Assembly: GCA_964016885.1 (NCBI GenBank)
Contig: OZ024740.1
Coordinates: 287,246,001-287,310,000, forward strand
DNA: 64,000 bases
Origin: Eledone cirrhosa
Lineage: Eukaryota
Reading direction: 5' to 3'
How positions within the stretch are numbered: the stretch's first letter is position 1; every line of letters starts with the position of its first letter. The position numbers and the translations under genes are program-made. A model generated the notes under the pieces. The model searched no databases. It was given only the letters and a program-made list of their open reading frames with translations, and was not told where the DNA came from. Below, piece by piece: positions 26,062 through 39,776 of this stretch.

Positions 26062-26980
26062 AAATAATAATAATAATGAAATTATTGTGTAAAGTGCTCA
26101 GGTGCACCACAACTCGTCAATATAGTACATAGAATAATACACAAATGTCAGGGAAGTACATGTGTGTATGTGTTAGCTGTAGTGTTGGCGGATCTCGGGA
26201 AGCATGGAGGCTTTAAAGGATGCAGTGTCTCGACAGCTAACAACTGATGCAGGTAGTTTGTTCCATGCTTCAGCAACTCTGAGCGTGAAAAAATGTTTCC
26301 GAAAGTCATGGGAACTGTGCTGTTTTCTTACTTTGTGGGCATGTCCACGTGTGTTAGACACATGGAAATCAAAAAGGTACTCAGGGTTGTTGTTGGCAAC
26401 ATGGTTAACAATTTTGTGGGTGTTTACCAAGTCAGTTGCCAGGCGTCGGAGCTTCAATGTATCCATGCCCAGGGAAGCAAGGTGTTCAGAGTATGGTAGA
26501 TGCCTGATGGAGGGTATTCGCTTGGTTGCACGTCTCTGAACAGTTTCCAGGCGGTCAATGTCCTGAGCAAGATAGGGGTTCCAGACTGGTGATGCAAATT
26601 CTAAGTGTGGTCACACCATAGCTGTATACAGCCTTAAATAGATATCTGGAGAGCGGCTGACAAAGGTCTTGCTGAGTGATGCTAAGACACCCTCGGCCCT
26701 CTTGACAATTTTAGAGACGTGCCTCGTCCAACGCAAATCGCTGCTGACCGTAATGCCCAGGTCACGTTCACAGGAAGACTTCTTGATATTAGTGCTGTGG
26801 AGAGAATATGTGGACGCTGGGTTTTTACTCCCAAATTGCATGGTGGTGCACTTGTCCACAGCTAGCTTGAGTTGCCAGTCTGAGATCCAATGTTGCATTG
26901 TGTCCAGGTCAGACTGCAAGCAAGATCTATAGTGTTCAGGATCTGTCCTTTTTATCTCAAGGTACAGCTTGATGTGGTTG
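26062..26980 (-). mobile_element. 5'-truncated CR1-clade LINE (C-terminal part of RT ORF plus 3'UTR)
   Basis: LQSDLD...WQLKL...ERDLGI, and TRGHAHKV...RKHFFTLRVAEAWNKLPASVV; (ATT)n tail. Confidence 0.88.
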
Positions 26981-27377
26981 CTCATTCATTTTCTGTTTGG
27001 TAACTAAATATGTGAAACTTTCTTTCCAATTCTATTTTATGGTACTCAAGCATTGACTACTGCTGCGTGGTTAAAACCAGTAAAAGAGTCATAAAAACAA
27101 AATTAAAATAATTATATCATCACAAGATATATATTTTCTATAAATCAAATTTTGCATTTAATATTTTCACTAAATTTTTTATTTATAAAATTAAAAATAA
27201 ATTTTTTTCTCTGGATAGATGAACAAATTCGTATGGTTGTAATAAGTATACAAAAATTTTGACTTTTCTTATGATAATAAAAGTTGTTTTGTGGGGAAAC
27301 TGTAAATTTGTTTCTATTTTTTCTTTGTTATTATTTAATTCTTAACATCCTGTAATAATTTATCAGAAAATACTTAA

Positions 27378-27535
27378 CCCTTTATCATTCACATTACTCT
27401 ATATCAAATCTATGAGATTTTGATATTATTTATCTTGAGAACAATAACTTAATTTCAGTATGAGTGGCCCTTTATGACTGGTTTAAACAGGTGAGAGAAT
27501 TCTGGCCAGATATGGTCGGTTTAAATGTTAAAGGG
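27378..27535. mobile_element. piggyBac-type MITE (internally deleted)
   Basis: TTAA-CCC...GGG-TTAA; same family as 16697. Confidence 0.75.
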
Positions 27536-27624
27536 TTAAAGGGTATGATAATTCAAATATTAGATAGCATCGTTAATAGTGAACAGGTTGTTGGAAAAAT
27601 ATGCAGTAAACTAAAATAAAGGCT

Positions 27625-28070
27625 TACAGTTGTTATATGGTCTTGACTGTGTTAATTGGACGACAAGGTCACTTCAGAAGCTCTCTACATTCCAGAACCA
27701 CATCATGAGACTTATGACTGGCAAGTGGCTCAGCGACCATATATGTATCAGTGAGCTGCTCTTACATTACCGAATTAGACCAATTACATCAATTGTCAAG
27801 TCAAGAGTACTCAAACTATACGATCATATAAAAAGATCAACTCATAGCTTCTCTTACCAGCCAACCTTCCTAGAAGGAAGGTTGGCTGGTAGGAGAAGCA
27901 AAGGCCAGCAGCAAAATGATGGCTTGATAATGTCAACCTATGGACTGGATTTGATCTATGCTCTTTAAACTCTGCTGTTGGTGATCGAACTTTGTGGAGA
28001 AAAATATCTCATGTTGATGCAGTCTGCAACTGGCAGAGTTTAGCATCAAAGTAGTAGTAGTAGTAATAGT
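27625..28070 (+). mobile_element. Degenerate RTE-like LINE 3' fragment
   Basis: LYGLDCVNW...LKLYDHIKR...LEGRLAGRRSKG typical of the RT C-terminal domain; (AGT)n tail. Confidence 0.65.
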
Positions 28071-28890
28071 AAAATAAAGACTTTAATTTTTAACATAATG
28101 TAAAGTTGTTTTATACTTTTCATGAATATCTTGCTAATGCAGTTTCATGTGGTGCATGGAGTCAAAAGTTAAAAGAAATCAGGGTTAGTATTAAGGTAAC
28201 AAAATCAGTAAAGTGTTCAATAGTAGTATTTAATTAAATTCTGGGTTCAAACCTCATCATAGTTGACTTTACTTTTAATCCTTATGGGTTGATAAAATAA
28301 AGTACCAGTCAAATACTAGGGTTAATTTAATTGACTCCTCACTCACCCAAAAGTTTGTGTAGTCTTGTGCCTAATTTAGAAATTATTAATTAAAGACATT
28401 TAAAGTAGTGAATAACAGAATCAGTTAAGCACCAAAATACTTTGCAGCATTTAACTATATTCTTTCACAATCTGCACTGTAGTTGACCTTGTTTTCTTTC
28501 ATTACTGTACGATCTGAGTTCAAATCCCGCCGAGGTTGACTTTGCCTTATATCCTTACGAGGTCGATAAAATAAAGTACCAGTAATGCACTGGGTAGTTG
28601 CTGGCCTTGTGCCTAAAAGTAGACACAATTACTGTGGTATTTATAAAGCCAGTACCAGTAATTTACTGAAATATAACTCAACTGGCTAACTGTACCCTGT
28701 AAATTTGTGCCATGATGTTCATGCTGGTAATCATAAAAACAATCTAAATTAAAAACATTATTGCAATCAAAACTCAATTATCTGGTCACGGTCTTACTGT
28801 ATATGTTTAAATATAAGCCGAGGAATCTGTGATCCCCCCAAAAATGATGGGGGGGGGGACTTATATTCGGGTTCATTATTTTAACAATGT

Positions 28891-29082
28891 TGGATGGCGG
28901 TGGAATGGCAGTATCGGTAGAGGGTCGGACGCCATGCTTTGACGCATAGAGTTACGCCCCTTGCCATTCTGAGTTCAAATCCCGCCGAGGTTAACTTTGC
29001 CTTTCATCCTTACGGGGTCGATAAAATAAAGTACCAGCAATGCACTGGGTAATTGCTGGCCTTGTGCCTAACGTAGAAACAA
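28891..29082 (+). mobile_element. tRNA-derived SINE (family B) with target-site duplication
   Basis: ATTATTTTAACAATGTT on both flanks; A/B boxes. Confidence 0.85.
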
Positions 29083-29112
29083 TTATTTTAACAATGTTCA
29101 CCAACTTCAAAT

Positions 29113-29192
29113 TTTATGTATTGGGTCGTCAAGTATGAAATTTGTAGAAAAAAAATTCTACAAATTTCATACTTGACGACCTAATAAATAAA
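29113..29192. mobile_element. Minimal mariner-like MITE: two TIRs back to back
   Basis: TATTGGGTCGTCAAGTATGAAATTTGTAGAA ... TTCTACAAATTTCATACTTGACGACCTAATA with an A-rich spacer. Confidence 0.65.
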
Positions 29193-29921
29193 GTGTTAAA
29201 ATATCTGGAGTGTTCATTTTACAATGAAACACTGTTTTTCTACATTTACTACATCGTCGGTGTTATTTATGCATTTCCTTAAAAATATTTCCAACAAATT
29301 TTATATTTATCATTGTTATCAGTTTATGTCCATGTTATTTTTCATGGTGGCATGGGTTGAACAAGATTTATTTGAGGCAGAATTCTACAGCTAACACCTT
29401 ACTGATACCAACCCTCACTTGTTTTTCTCTTTTCTTTTTTAAGAAAGGTACAGTATTTTGCACATTTAACAGGATCTCTAGTTACGCAGAAAGTAAAACA
29501 TAAATCAACACAAGTTAATGTTGAATGCAAAGAAGACAGAAACACACACACCAACCATACATTCATCATCATCATCACCGTTTAATGTCCATTTTTCCAT
29601 GCTAGTATATGTTAGACGAATTGTCCCATTGTGCGACAAGCCAGATCATGTCTCATTCATACTGAACAGATTCTAGCTTAGTTTTTATGTCTGGATGCCT
29701 TTCCTAATGCCCAATATATATATATATACATACATATGATGCCTATATTACAATCTATCAATTTCACTCACAAGGCATTAGTTGACTTGTGGCTATAGTA
29801 GAAAGCATTTGCTCAGTGTCACATTATTGGATAAAACTGAAGACCATATGGGCGTGAGACAAACTTATTAACCACACAGCCATACCTGTGTCACCATATA
29901 TATATATATATAAAAAAAAAA

Positions 29922-30460
29922 ATAGACGGTAGCCACGGAGTAGGCAGACCCAGAAAAACCTGGGATGACTTGATAAATTCCGACCTCACACACTTACACC
30001 TCTCCAAGACAATGTCACTGGACCGAGATCTTTGGCGCTACACAGTAATACAGAAGACCCACCTTGCCTAAGTACAAAGCGAAACCTACAGTCAGTAGGC
30101 ACCTCTAACAAAATACACCCCCGTCCCACTACCCCCACCCCATCCACACAACCCCCTTTCGATGTAAAGTTATGTTGGTACCACAACATCCAGGCCAAAA
30201 CAAATGAGGTCGTGTAGGTGTCACGACAAAAAAACACACAGTCCACGCTGTAATGTGGTCGTGTAGGTAACACGGTAAAAACCTCCCAGTTCCACACTGT
30301 AAACGTGGTTGGTGTTAGGAAGGGCATCCAGCCGTAGAAAACCCGCCAGACAGTCCTATACGAGCAAGACAACCAATCTTGCCTCAAGTGGGAAAATTCC
30401 CGTCCAAACCCATGCAAGCGTGGAATATGGACGTTAAACGATGATGATGATGATGATGAT
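29922..30460 (+). mobile_element. 5'-truncated RTE LINE (second subfamily)
   Basis: GSHGVGRPRKTWD coding remnant plus 3'UTR and (ATG)n; near-identical to 52000-52525. Confidence 0.85.
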
Positions 30461-31678
30461 ATATATACATGTATTGATAGAGAGAATGTGTTGAAACCAT
30501 GATAAAATGCACCCAATACACTATCAAATGGTTGGCATTAGGAAGGACATCTATCCATAAAAATGTTAGCGAAAATGTAATGTACAACCGAGATGTCTTT
30601 CAGCCTGTCAATGACAACTTGTCTAATTGTAAAGTGCTAGTGCAGTGTTACAATAAAATGCACCCAGCCCATGCTGTAAAATGGTAGTGCTAGTGTCATA
30701 ATAAAATGTACCCAGTATATATATGTATCATCAGCATAAATATATAGTATTATCATCATCATCACCATTTTACATGTTTTCTATAATAGCATGAGTTGGA
30801 CGAGTTGTCACATTCTGAAATTATATCAGATGACCACGTCTTACTCATATGTTTTATTTTGACATTATTTCTATGGTTGGATGCCCTTCCTAACCACAAC
30901 CATTTTACAGAGTGTACTAGGTGATTCTTTCTTGATACCAACACAACCATTTTATGGTGTGGGCCAGGTGTGTATATATATATGAATAAAATTATAAGTG
31001 TGAAGAACAAACAAACTAAATTTACCTAACTTTTCCTCATAGTCTAGAGAAATTAATTAAATAAATTATCAATTAATCCAAGCTAAATCCCAATTATAAG
31101 TGTGAAGAAAAAATAGACAAATGTTTACCGAATTATTCCTCGTAGTCCCGACTGTTGCAGTTTCACTTGTGCTATGTAGAAAAAGTGCAATTCCATTGCA
31201 ATTGCACCTTAGCTATGAGGTTACAAGCTTTTCAAGAGACTCCCTCAATTAGGACTAGTTATTTCTAAAGTTACCATCGCCAGTAATAAATTCTAAAGGT
31301 GGAAGTCATCATGTGGCTGACGGTCAAGACAGAAAGGTAGTGAAGGGTAGACTGATAGCGAGAAATGGCATTGCTAGAAGAAGCAGTCAATTACTGCCTA
31401 ATTTTTACTCAACCTTATGGGAGTCAGAACAAAATCAGAGGATACCCATACATATTTATACATAGGCACAAACACATATATGAGTGATGACCACCTTCAA
31501 TAGGTTGTTGCTCGATGAATTAATTAATTAACCCTTTAATGTTCAAACCGGCCAGAATTCTCTACCTTTTTCTGTTGAAACTGGCTGTAACTGGTCGCTC
31601 AAACTGATGTTAAGGTATTGTTCTCAAAAATAAATACTTTCAAAATCTCATAGATATTATGTGAGATAATTATGCGAG

Positions 31679-31989
31679 GTTACAAGCTGAAGCATATAGA
31701 CAATATTCCCCCACACCCTCCCACTGCAAGGTGGTCGTGGAGGTGCCACGGCAAAAAAGCACCCAGCCCACACTGTAAAGTGGACGTGTAGGCGCCACGA
31801 AAAAGCACCCAGCACTCACTGTAAATGAGGTTGGTGTTAGGAAGGGCATCCAGCTGTAGAAATCAAGCCAGATCAGTTCCTGTATGAGCAAGGCATGGTC
31901 AGCCGACCAGACACTGCCCACAACAGGACAACCCGTCTAACCCATGCTAGCGAGGAAGAACGGACGTAAAATGGTGATGATGATGATGA
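31679..31989 (+). mobile_element. RTE LINE 3'UTR-only copy
   Basis: Near-identical to 35416-35740. Confidence 0.85.
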
Positions 31990-32039
31990 AAGCCTTTACT
32001 ATGAAAATATAATAGTATATAATATTATTATTAATATTA

Positions 32040-35000
32040 TTGTTGCTGTATTCTATCGGTTAGTTCTATCGCCTTGACGGCGACCCTCTCTCTACCTCAC
32101 AATTTCCCTCACACCACCATAGCCTATTCGACCCATCAAACCTCAGCATGCCATTTCTTCTGCTACTACTACCTAACTAACACTCTCCTCCCCTGTCCCA
32201 GCCCAACACACCCTGCCATTATTCCACCACCACTGTTCTTCTAGCCCTGAATTTTCCTACCATTATGGATGGATGAGCTGAGAATAAATTGGAGCAACTC
32301 TGAATTAATAGATGAAATGAATATGAATCTGCGAGCTACCAAACACCCATGTGAAACGCCAATCCAGAAAGAGAAAGCACACACACACACCCCTGCAAAA
32401 ATCGACTCTTCCCTACGAGTGTCGACAAATGCCCAAAACTCCGAGTTGGTACCATCAATGTAAGCACAATGAAAGGAAGAGCAGGAGAAATCGTAGAAAT
32501 GCTAGAGCGAAAGGAAATTGATGTATGCTGTGTGCAAGAGACTAGATGGAGAGGAGAGTCTGCTAGAGTCCTTGTAGGAAAAAGTCGGTGCTACAAATTT
32601 TTCTGGGTGTGAAATGACGATGGGATGGGTGGTGTAGGTATACTACTAGCTGACAAGTGGGTAGATAAAGTAATCTCAGTGCACAGGGTAAATGCAAGAA
32701 TCATTAAACTCAGACTAGTCCTGAATAAAACAATTACCACGATAATATCAGCTTACACACCCCAATCGGGGTTGACAGACGAACTTAAGGATAGGTTTTA
32801 CGAGTCCCTAATGCACACTACTGCTCTAACAAACGACAATGACTTCCTAATCATCGCAGGAGATTTTAACGGACACATAGGTAAACACTGCGACAGCTTC
32901 AATGGAGGCCATGGGGTTGGCACAAGAAACGAGGAAGGATTCAGACTTCTAGAATTCTGCGACGCCAATGACATGTCGATATGTAACACAAACTTAAAAA
33001 AACCTGACAACCACCTGATCACCTATAGATCAGGGGAGCATTCTAGTCAGATAGATTTTATCCTCATCAGAGGACGTGACAGATGGACAGTCGTAAACAC
33101 AAAAGCCTTCCCTAGTGAGGAATGTACATCCCAACATAGCTTAGTTGTCAGCGACCTCACAGTCAGAACTAGACGAACCTGGAGAAGAACGATCTGGAAG
33201 CTGAAAGACCCCTCAACCAGTAACAGATTTAAAGATATTTTACTCAACGCCTACGACAGTAAAGAAGAACAGATAGAGACATTCAATGTAGAAGAGCACT
33301 GGGAGTTCCTAAAAAATAACTTACTAGAGGCGACGGATGAGGTCTGTGGCTGGAGTAAGACCACAAGCAGGAGGAGAGTGACTTGGTGGTGGAACAATAA
33401 GGTAGATGAGGCAGTTAAGGCCAAGAGACAGGCATGGAAAGAATGGAAGAACGGGGGGAGCAGGGTACATTACATAGAGACCAACAGGGAAGCTAGGCGA
33501 CAAGTATACTTAGCTAGGAGGGAAGCAGAGGATAGAAAATTCAAGCATGTTTTGCAACGTGAGGACCAGAAACAGGAGGTGTTCAAGATTGCGAGGCAGT
33601 GTGTCAGAGAGAATTGTGATGTCATTGGAGAGAAGTGTATCCGGAATGATAAAGGTGAGCTTGCTCTCACAAGTGCTGAGAAGAAAGATGCATGGAAGAG
33701 TCATTATGATAGATTACTAAATGAGGAGAATGCATGGGAAGAAGAGACCCTACCCCAAGTAGATCCTATAGAGGGGCCAGCAGTACAAGTCAGCAGCAGC
33801 GTAGTAAGTAAGGCAATCAAAGATATGAAGATGGGGAAGGCAACCGGTCCATCGGGTATAGCTGCCGAGATGCTGAAGGCATCTGGGTCTGTAGGTCACA
33901 CTATAACCACATGTATTGTTAACCAGGTAATACTAGGTGTCATACCAAAAGATTGGTGCAGTAGCATGATTGTCAACTGCTACAAAGGTAAAGGTGATGC
34001 ACTAGATAGAGGAAACTATAGAGGTATAAAGCTGATAGACCAGGTCATGAAAGTAACAGAAAGAGTTATAGCACAGTTGATTAGGGACCGGGTGAAATTA
34101 GATGAGATGCAATTTGGGTTTGTACCAGGAAGAGGCACCACTGATGCCCTCTTCCTTGTGAGGCAGTTACAGTAAAAGTACCTAACTAAAAGTAAGCCAC
34201 TCTACCTGGCATTCATCGATCTTGAGAAAGCCTTTGACAGAGTTCCACGTGCTGTAATCTGGTGGGCTCTTAGAAAACTAGGAGTAGATGAATGGCTTGT
34301 GAAAGCGGTACAAGCCATGTATAGGGGAGCAGTCAGCAAAGTTAGGATTAGCAATGAGTATAGCGAGGAATTTAGTGTACAGGTTGGGGTCCACCAGGGC
34401 TGTTCTTAGCCCCTCCTCTTCATCATAGTCCTGCAGGCAATAACGGAGGAGTTTAAGACCGGATGCCCATGGGAACTCCTGTATGCTGATGACCTCGCAC
34501 TTATAGCTGAATCTATGGTAGAACTAGAGAAGAAATTCCAAACTTGGAAGCAGGGACTAGAAAGAAAGGGTCTCAAAGTCAACATGACAAAGACTAAGGT
34601 CCTTGTAAGTAGACGAGAAGACAGAACCCAGATTCCCTCAGGGAAATGGCCTTGCTCAGTATGTAGGAAAGGTGTAGGTAGGAACTCCATTCTCTGCCCC
34701 AAATGCAAACAATGGGTACACAAGAGATGTAGTGGGATCTCAGGAAACTTAATTAAGAATGTAGGCTTCACATGCAGCAGCAAACAGCCACAGGAAACAA
34801 GTACCACCAATCTCTGGGAGGGCTCTGTAGAAACAGTAGACAGCTTCTGCTACCTAGGTGACCGAATTAGCAGCGGAGGTAGGTGTTCAGAAAGTACAAT
34901 AACTAGGGTAAGAACGGGATGGAAGAAGTTTAGGGAACTACTACCACTGCTAGCTGCAAAAGGCTTCTCCCTCAAAATGAAAGGCAGACTGTATGATGCG

Positions 35001-35710
35001 TGTATCCGAACAGCGATGTTGCATGGTAGTGAGACCTGGGCGCTGAAGGTGGAAGACTTACGTAGATTAGAGAGAAACGAAGCCTGCATGCTCCGATGGA
35101 TGTGTAATAGTAATATACGCGAACGACAAAGCATAAATGAATTGAGAGAGAGACTGAGCATAAGAGGAATCAAATGCTGTGTGCAGGAGAGGCGGTTGCG
35201 TTGGTATGGACATGTGATGCGTATGAAGGATGACAGCTGCATAAAAAGGTGCAGAGCACTAGAAGTCGATGGAAACCGCGGAGTGGGCAGACCCAAGAAG
35301 ACCTGGGATGAGGTGATAAAAGCCGACCTTACCCAATTACACCTCTCAAAGGCAATGACACACGACCATGACCTCTGGCGTCACGCAGTAATACAGAGTA
35401 CCCGACCTCCCATGGGTACAAGCTGAAGCATTTAGACAATATGCCCCCACACCCTCCCACTGCAAGGTGGTCGTGGAGGTGCCATGGCAAAAAAGCACCC
35501 AGCCCACACTGTAAAGTGGACGTGTAGGCGCCACGAAAAAGCACCCAGCACTCACTGTAAATGAGGTTGGTGTTAGGAAGGGCATCCAGCTGTAGAAATC
35601 AAGCCAAATCAGTTCCTGTATGAGCAAGGCATGGTCAGCCGACCAGACACTGCCCACAACAGGACAACCCGTCTAACCCATGCTAGCGTGGAAGAACGGA
35701 CGTAAAACGG

Positions 35711-35740
<30 letters not shown>
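32040..35740 (+). mobile_element. Near full-length RTE-clade LINE retrotransposon
   Basis: APE endonuclease and RT in a single ORF region, Cys-rich motif (CSVC...CPKC...HKRC), 3'UTR ending in (ATG)n. Confidence 0.93.
32436..35426 (+). pseudogene. RTE endonuclease-reverse transcriptase ORF, disrupted
   Basis: LRVGTINV, CVQETRW, GDFNGH, SQIDFIL (APE); QFGF, FIDLEKAFDRV, GVHQG, LLYADD (RT); premature stop at 34173-34175 and frameshift near 34400. Confidence 0.9.
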
Positions 35741-35741
<1 letters not shown>

Positions 35742-36780
35742 AGTAATGTGAATGCTAAAGGGTTAAGTAAATAATCAATTAATCAGAGCTATATAAAATT
35801 ATAAGTGTGAAGAACAAACAGGCAAAATTTACCTCCTTTTCCTCATAGTCCAGAGAAATTAATTAAATAAATAATCAATCTGAGCTAAAGATAAATTATA
35901 AGTGTGAAGAAAAAAATAGACAAATGTTTGCCGAATTATTCCTCGCAGTTCTGACTGTTTCAGTTTCACTTGTGCTGTGTAGCATAAGTGCAATTCTGTT
36001 GCAATTGCACTTTATATATATATATATGTATATATATGTGTGTGTGTAAGTATGTATATAATGATTAGTTAGAGGGAAGGCTAGCAGTATTTATTTATTT
36101 ATGGCCTGAGTTCAAATCTCACGGAATTTGACTTTGCCTTTTATCCTTCTGGGGTCAACATGAAACAAATACCTGTCAAATAATGAGTCCACAATCAATA
36201 GGACTAATCACCAATTGAGGGATATAAAAATCAAGCAATTGACTATGTTTACTAGTACATAGATAGAAAATTAGTAGTTGTAGCAGGAGAAGAGCAGTGC
36301 CCTGATGTAGTGAAATTGATGCAATTGTTTAGTTTAAGCTCCTGTGGAGATGGAATTACAGTTTTGTAAATGTTACATAGGGCTGCCAGATTAAAACCTA
36401 ACTGTAAAGTCAAACAATATTTGAAAAAAGCCAAATATATTTAAATCTGGCTTACATCATACTTACATCATATGAAAAGCTCATCCACATTGGAACAAGT
36501 AAAATCTACAGCATAGACTTAATGAGATATAACATTTTTTAGAGTATGTGGTTAATTCCACATCTTTAAGTTCAACATCTTAGCCTCACATGCACTCCCT
36601 GCATGGAAATCTTTTACATCCACCATATTCTTCAGATATTGCTCATATGTGTACAGAACTACCACAATCATAGTTCTAATAAATTAAGGCAATCAGTAGA
36701 AGAAAAAAAAAACAACACATTATTGAAGAAATAGTTATTTATTGATTATTATTTACACATAAGTAGAATCTGTTTAGAAT

Positions 36781-36846
36781 TTAAGCAAAAACATCAACCC
36801 TTGGTTTAGGTAAACTATCATCTATGTTTTGTATGTTACGTAGAGC
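36781..36846 (-). CDS. UXT: UXT (prefoldin-like chaperone), exon 5 (last)
   Basis: TTCTTGCAG acceptor; ALRNIQNIDDSLPKPRVDVFA*; AATAAA on minus strand at 36738-36743. Confidence 0.82.
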   Translation of the reverse strand, partial: ALRNIQNIDDSLPKPRVDVFA

Positions 36847-37686
36847 CTGCAAGAAAATAAATAGTGAGAATCTTTCAGTGAATAGAGAAGAAACATAATG
36901 TTTAAAGAAAATACAATTGTGAAAGTTTCAGTAGATCAAATATTAATCTTATGTCTTTCCTGTCTGTATGATGGCTAAGACTGTCTCTGGTTAGTGTCTG
37001 TGTCCCACTGCAACCTCAGACTATTTCTGGTTATATCTTCTACTAACTGCAACCATGTGCCTTTTCTGGTAAGATCCTCTATTTCACTGGAGCCAAAATC
37101 CTTCTCATTTCATGTCTTGTGTTTCACTGGAGCCAGGTTCACGTTTCACTACAACTAGGAACCACTTGAGTTTGCTATCAGTGTCTTTCTTACATCCACT
37201 CCCACAATGAAAACCCCCAAAGAATTTATGAATAGGCTTCTACACAAAATGAACTTTACAATCAGATAACATACATTCAATACGTTTTTTTTTAAAACAA
37301 ATTTCATTTAAAAAACAAACTAAAATCAGAACTATTCTTCAGCTGGAATACACTTCCTTCTAAAATATATCTCTATCTGACAACAGAAATTATCTTTAGT
37401 TATTTAAAAATAAATGTGGTCAATAGTTTAACATTTTTTTGTTATGGTTGGCCATGTCAGTTGGATACCAGCCTGCAGTTTGTATTGCACCATCACCATG
37501 TCTATATTTTCAGATGTCAGCTAGAGTAAACAGACACAACTGCTTACTGCTGTAAGCACCAATAAAACGTGGCTACTTACTCTCTCAAGAAAGGCATATA
37601 TGCTAGAAGTTATATATTTGTGGTTCTGGGTGGTAAACTAATATTTAAACTAGTATTTTAAATAGTGAAATGGTAAATGCCAGTAC

Positions 37687-37858
37687 CTCAAGCACCATCT
37701 TGATGTTGGCTTTCACCTTTGCAGCCTGTTTAGTCAGAATATCAGACTTTTCATTCAAAAGTTCGGTTTTCTGGTCAATAAACTTGAGCGCTTGCTGGAA
37801 AGTGAAGTCCACAAAGAAACCAAAACCAACAGAAACCAAAATGGAAGAAGTTTTGTGT
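37687..37858 (-). CDS. UXT: UXT exon 4
   Basis: ILVSVGFGFFVDFTFQQALKFIDQK...VKANIKMVLE, matches UXT [23 protein letters not shown]/GT bounded. Confidence 0.92.
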
Positions 37859-39596
37859 CTGTAAGAAATAGAAGAACAATTAAAATATTATATCTTAAAT
37901 TCAAAGAAATTATTCAGAACTGTAAGTTACAAAAAACAATTTAAGAATTCATTAGTAATAGTAAAAATATTTCACACCAGTAACCATCCCAACCATTGAA
38001 CCAAAGAGAGAACCTCTATGTGGTGGCTCGACCTACTAGAAGTGGTCAATTTTTTCTCAAATTACACTCTGCTTTCCTAAACATTAAATAATATAGTCTG
38101 AGATATACTATGTCTGGAAAAAAGAAATGGAATAAGCACAACTAGAACACCTTTGGTTATAAGGCTGCTAGATTAAGGTTGACCTGGAAACTAAACAACA
38201 ACCAATAAACTATGTAATCTTGAAAAAAAATAGATGCCAAATAATAATAAAAAGCTTTATTAACCCTGTTAATGTAACAAAATCAGGAAGACAAAGTAAC
38301 AAAATTCAGTTTGATTTCTATGATAACATAGAAATCGTAAAGAGATAGTTTAGTCACTGATCTAAGTCCTTTATCTCTACTTTCTCAGGTACAACAGCTG
38401 AAAAACATAAATATTAGATTACATAACTATATTTCTATACTATTATTTTACTGGTTTCAGTCATTGGATTGTGGCCCTGCTTTAAGGTTTTTAATTAAAC
38501 ATATCAACTCCAGTACTTATTTCAATGAATTCTATTTATTGAATAACTAATTTGTCTTTTTGACATAAAGAAGCACAACTTGTTTAGCACAACTGCTAAA
38601 TTGAAAAACACACATATATACACATATTCATAAGAGGACTCTGCAGTTTCCATCTACCAAGTTCCACTCACCAGGCATACAGAATACACTTGTTTGAGAT
38701 GTCATGAAGTAAGATTGCAACAGAACCATCTGGTTACAAACTATTTATACACATGAGAATGGCTGCAGCCATAGGATAAATTTAAATATTTATATATAGT
38801 GTTGTTAGATAGTTATAGATAGCTCTAGTTCAAGAATTAACAAAGCAAGTTCTAACCCATCTGATACACAACTATGATTCTATACTATACACTGTTGTTT
38901 ATATACTATCAAGTCAAAATCCATAGTTACACTCAATATACAGATTTGTATTTTTAAATAATTCAAAGTAATGTTTCTGTTGTTCAGTCAATAAAATTAA
39001 AACAAATGCCATGCAGCATTGAGTTTAAATCCTGCCACGGTCAACTTTGATTTTCATGCTTTCAGGGTTATTAAAATAAAGTACCATTCCCAGGCAGTGA
39101 AATGGTGGAATTGTGAGAATGTCAGACGAGATGCCTTGTGATATTTGTTTTGGCTCTTTGTGTTCTGAGTTCAAATTTTGCTGTGGGTATTTGGATTTAG
39201 ACTTAATCCATTGCCCAGTTTAACACTATCACCTCACTCATAAGTTACTTCAATGAAGTCCACTCTGTTGTATGGGTTAAGCCAGGTCATTGATTTAACT
39301 CTCCCTCCTACCAGTCACAGAGGTGCTGAAAATAGTTATAGGTACTACTCTTCCCTTCTTGACTAAAGAGTTTGAAAAAAAAAAATAGGAAGTTGAATTC
39401 AGTTGTCCTAGTTTGTCTGATTGTTAAGTAGTTAGTTGTTGGAAGGGTAGACATCCGGCAGTAAAATCAACTGCTCCAACAAATAAACCATCCCATACAT
39501 ATAGGGAAGAAATGGATGTAAAGCAGTAAATATAACTGAAAGTGAAAAAAAAGGAAAACCTTAAAAATATTTTCTTTTTTTTTTTTATGATGACAT

Positions 39597-39776
39597 ACTG
39601 CATATACTCGAATATAAGCCAATCCCCTTATTTTATGCCTGAGAAATAGGCAAAAATCCAAACCCCATTTATAAACCGAGGCAGCTAACCAACACATTGT
39701 ATATGAGCCAACCTTGCATTTTACCATCGATTTTTTGGTCACATATTCCTCGGCTTATATTTGAGTATATATGGTA
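39597..39776. mobile_element. Tc1/mariner-type MITE
   Basis: TIR ATATACTCGAATATAAGCC ... GGCTTATATTTGAGTATAT with TA flanks; relatives at about 28796 and 63824. Confidence 0.7.

Larger units (their letters stand above)
31532..35762. mobile_element. piggyBac-type MITE split by two RTE insertions
   Basis: TTAA-CCCTTT at 31528-31537; MITE interior at 31532-31678 and about 31990-32020; right TIR AATGCTAAAGGG-TTAA ends 35762-35766. Confidence 0.75.

Noticed and set aside
34406-35657. Antisense ORFs over the RTE (likewise over the CR1, CRE and mariner elements)
   Set aside because: Shadow frames of transposon coding or 3'UTR sequence with no independent motifs
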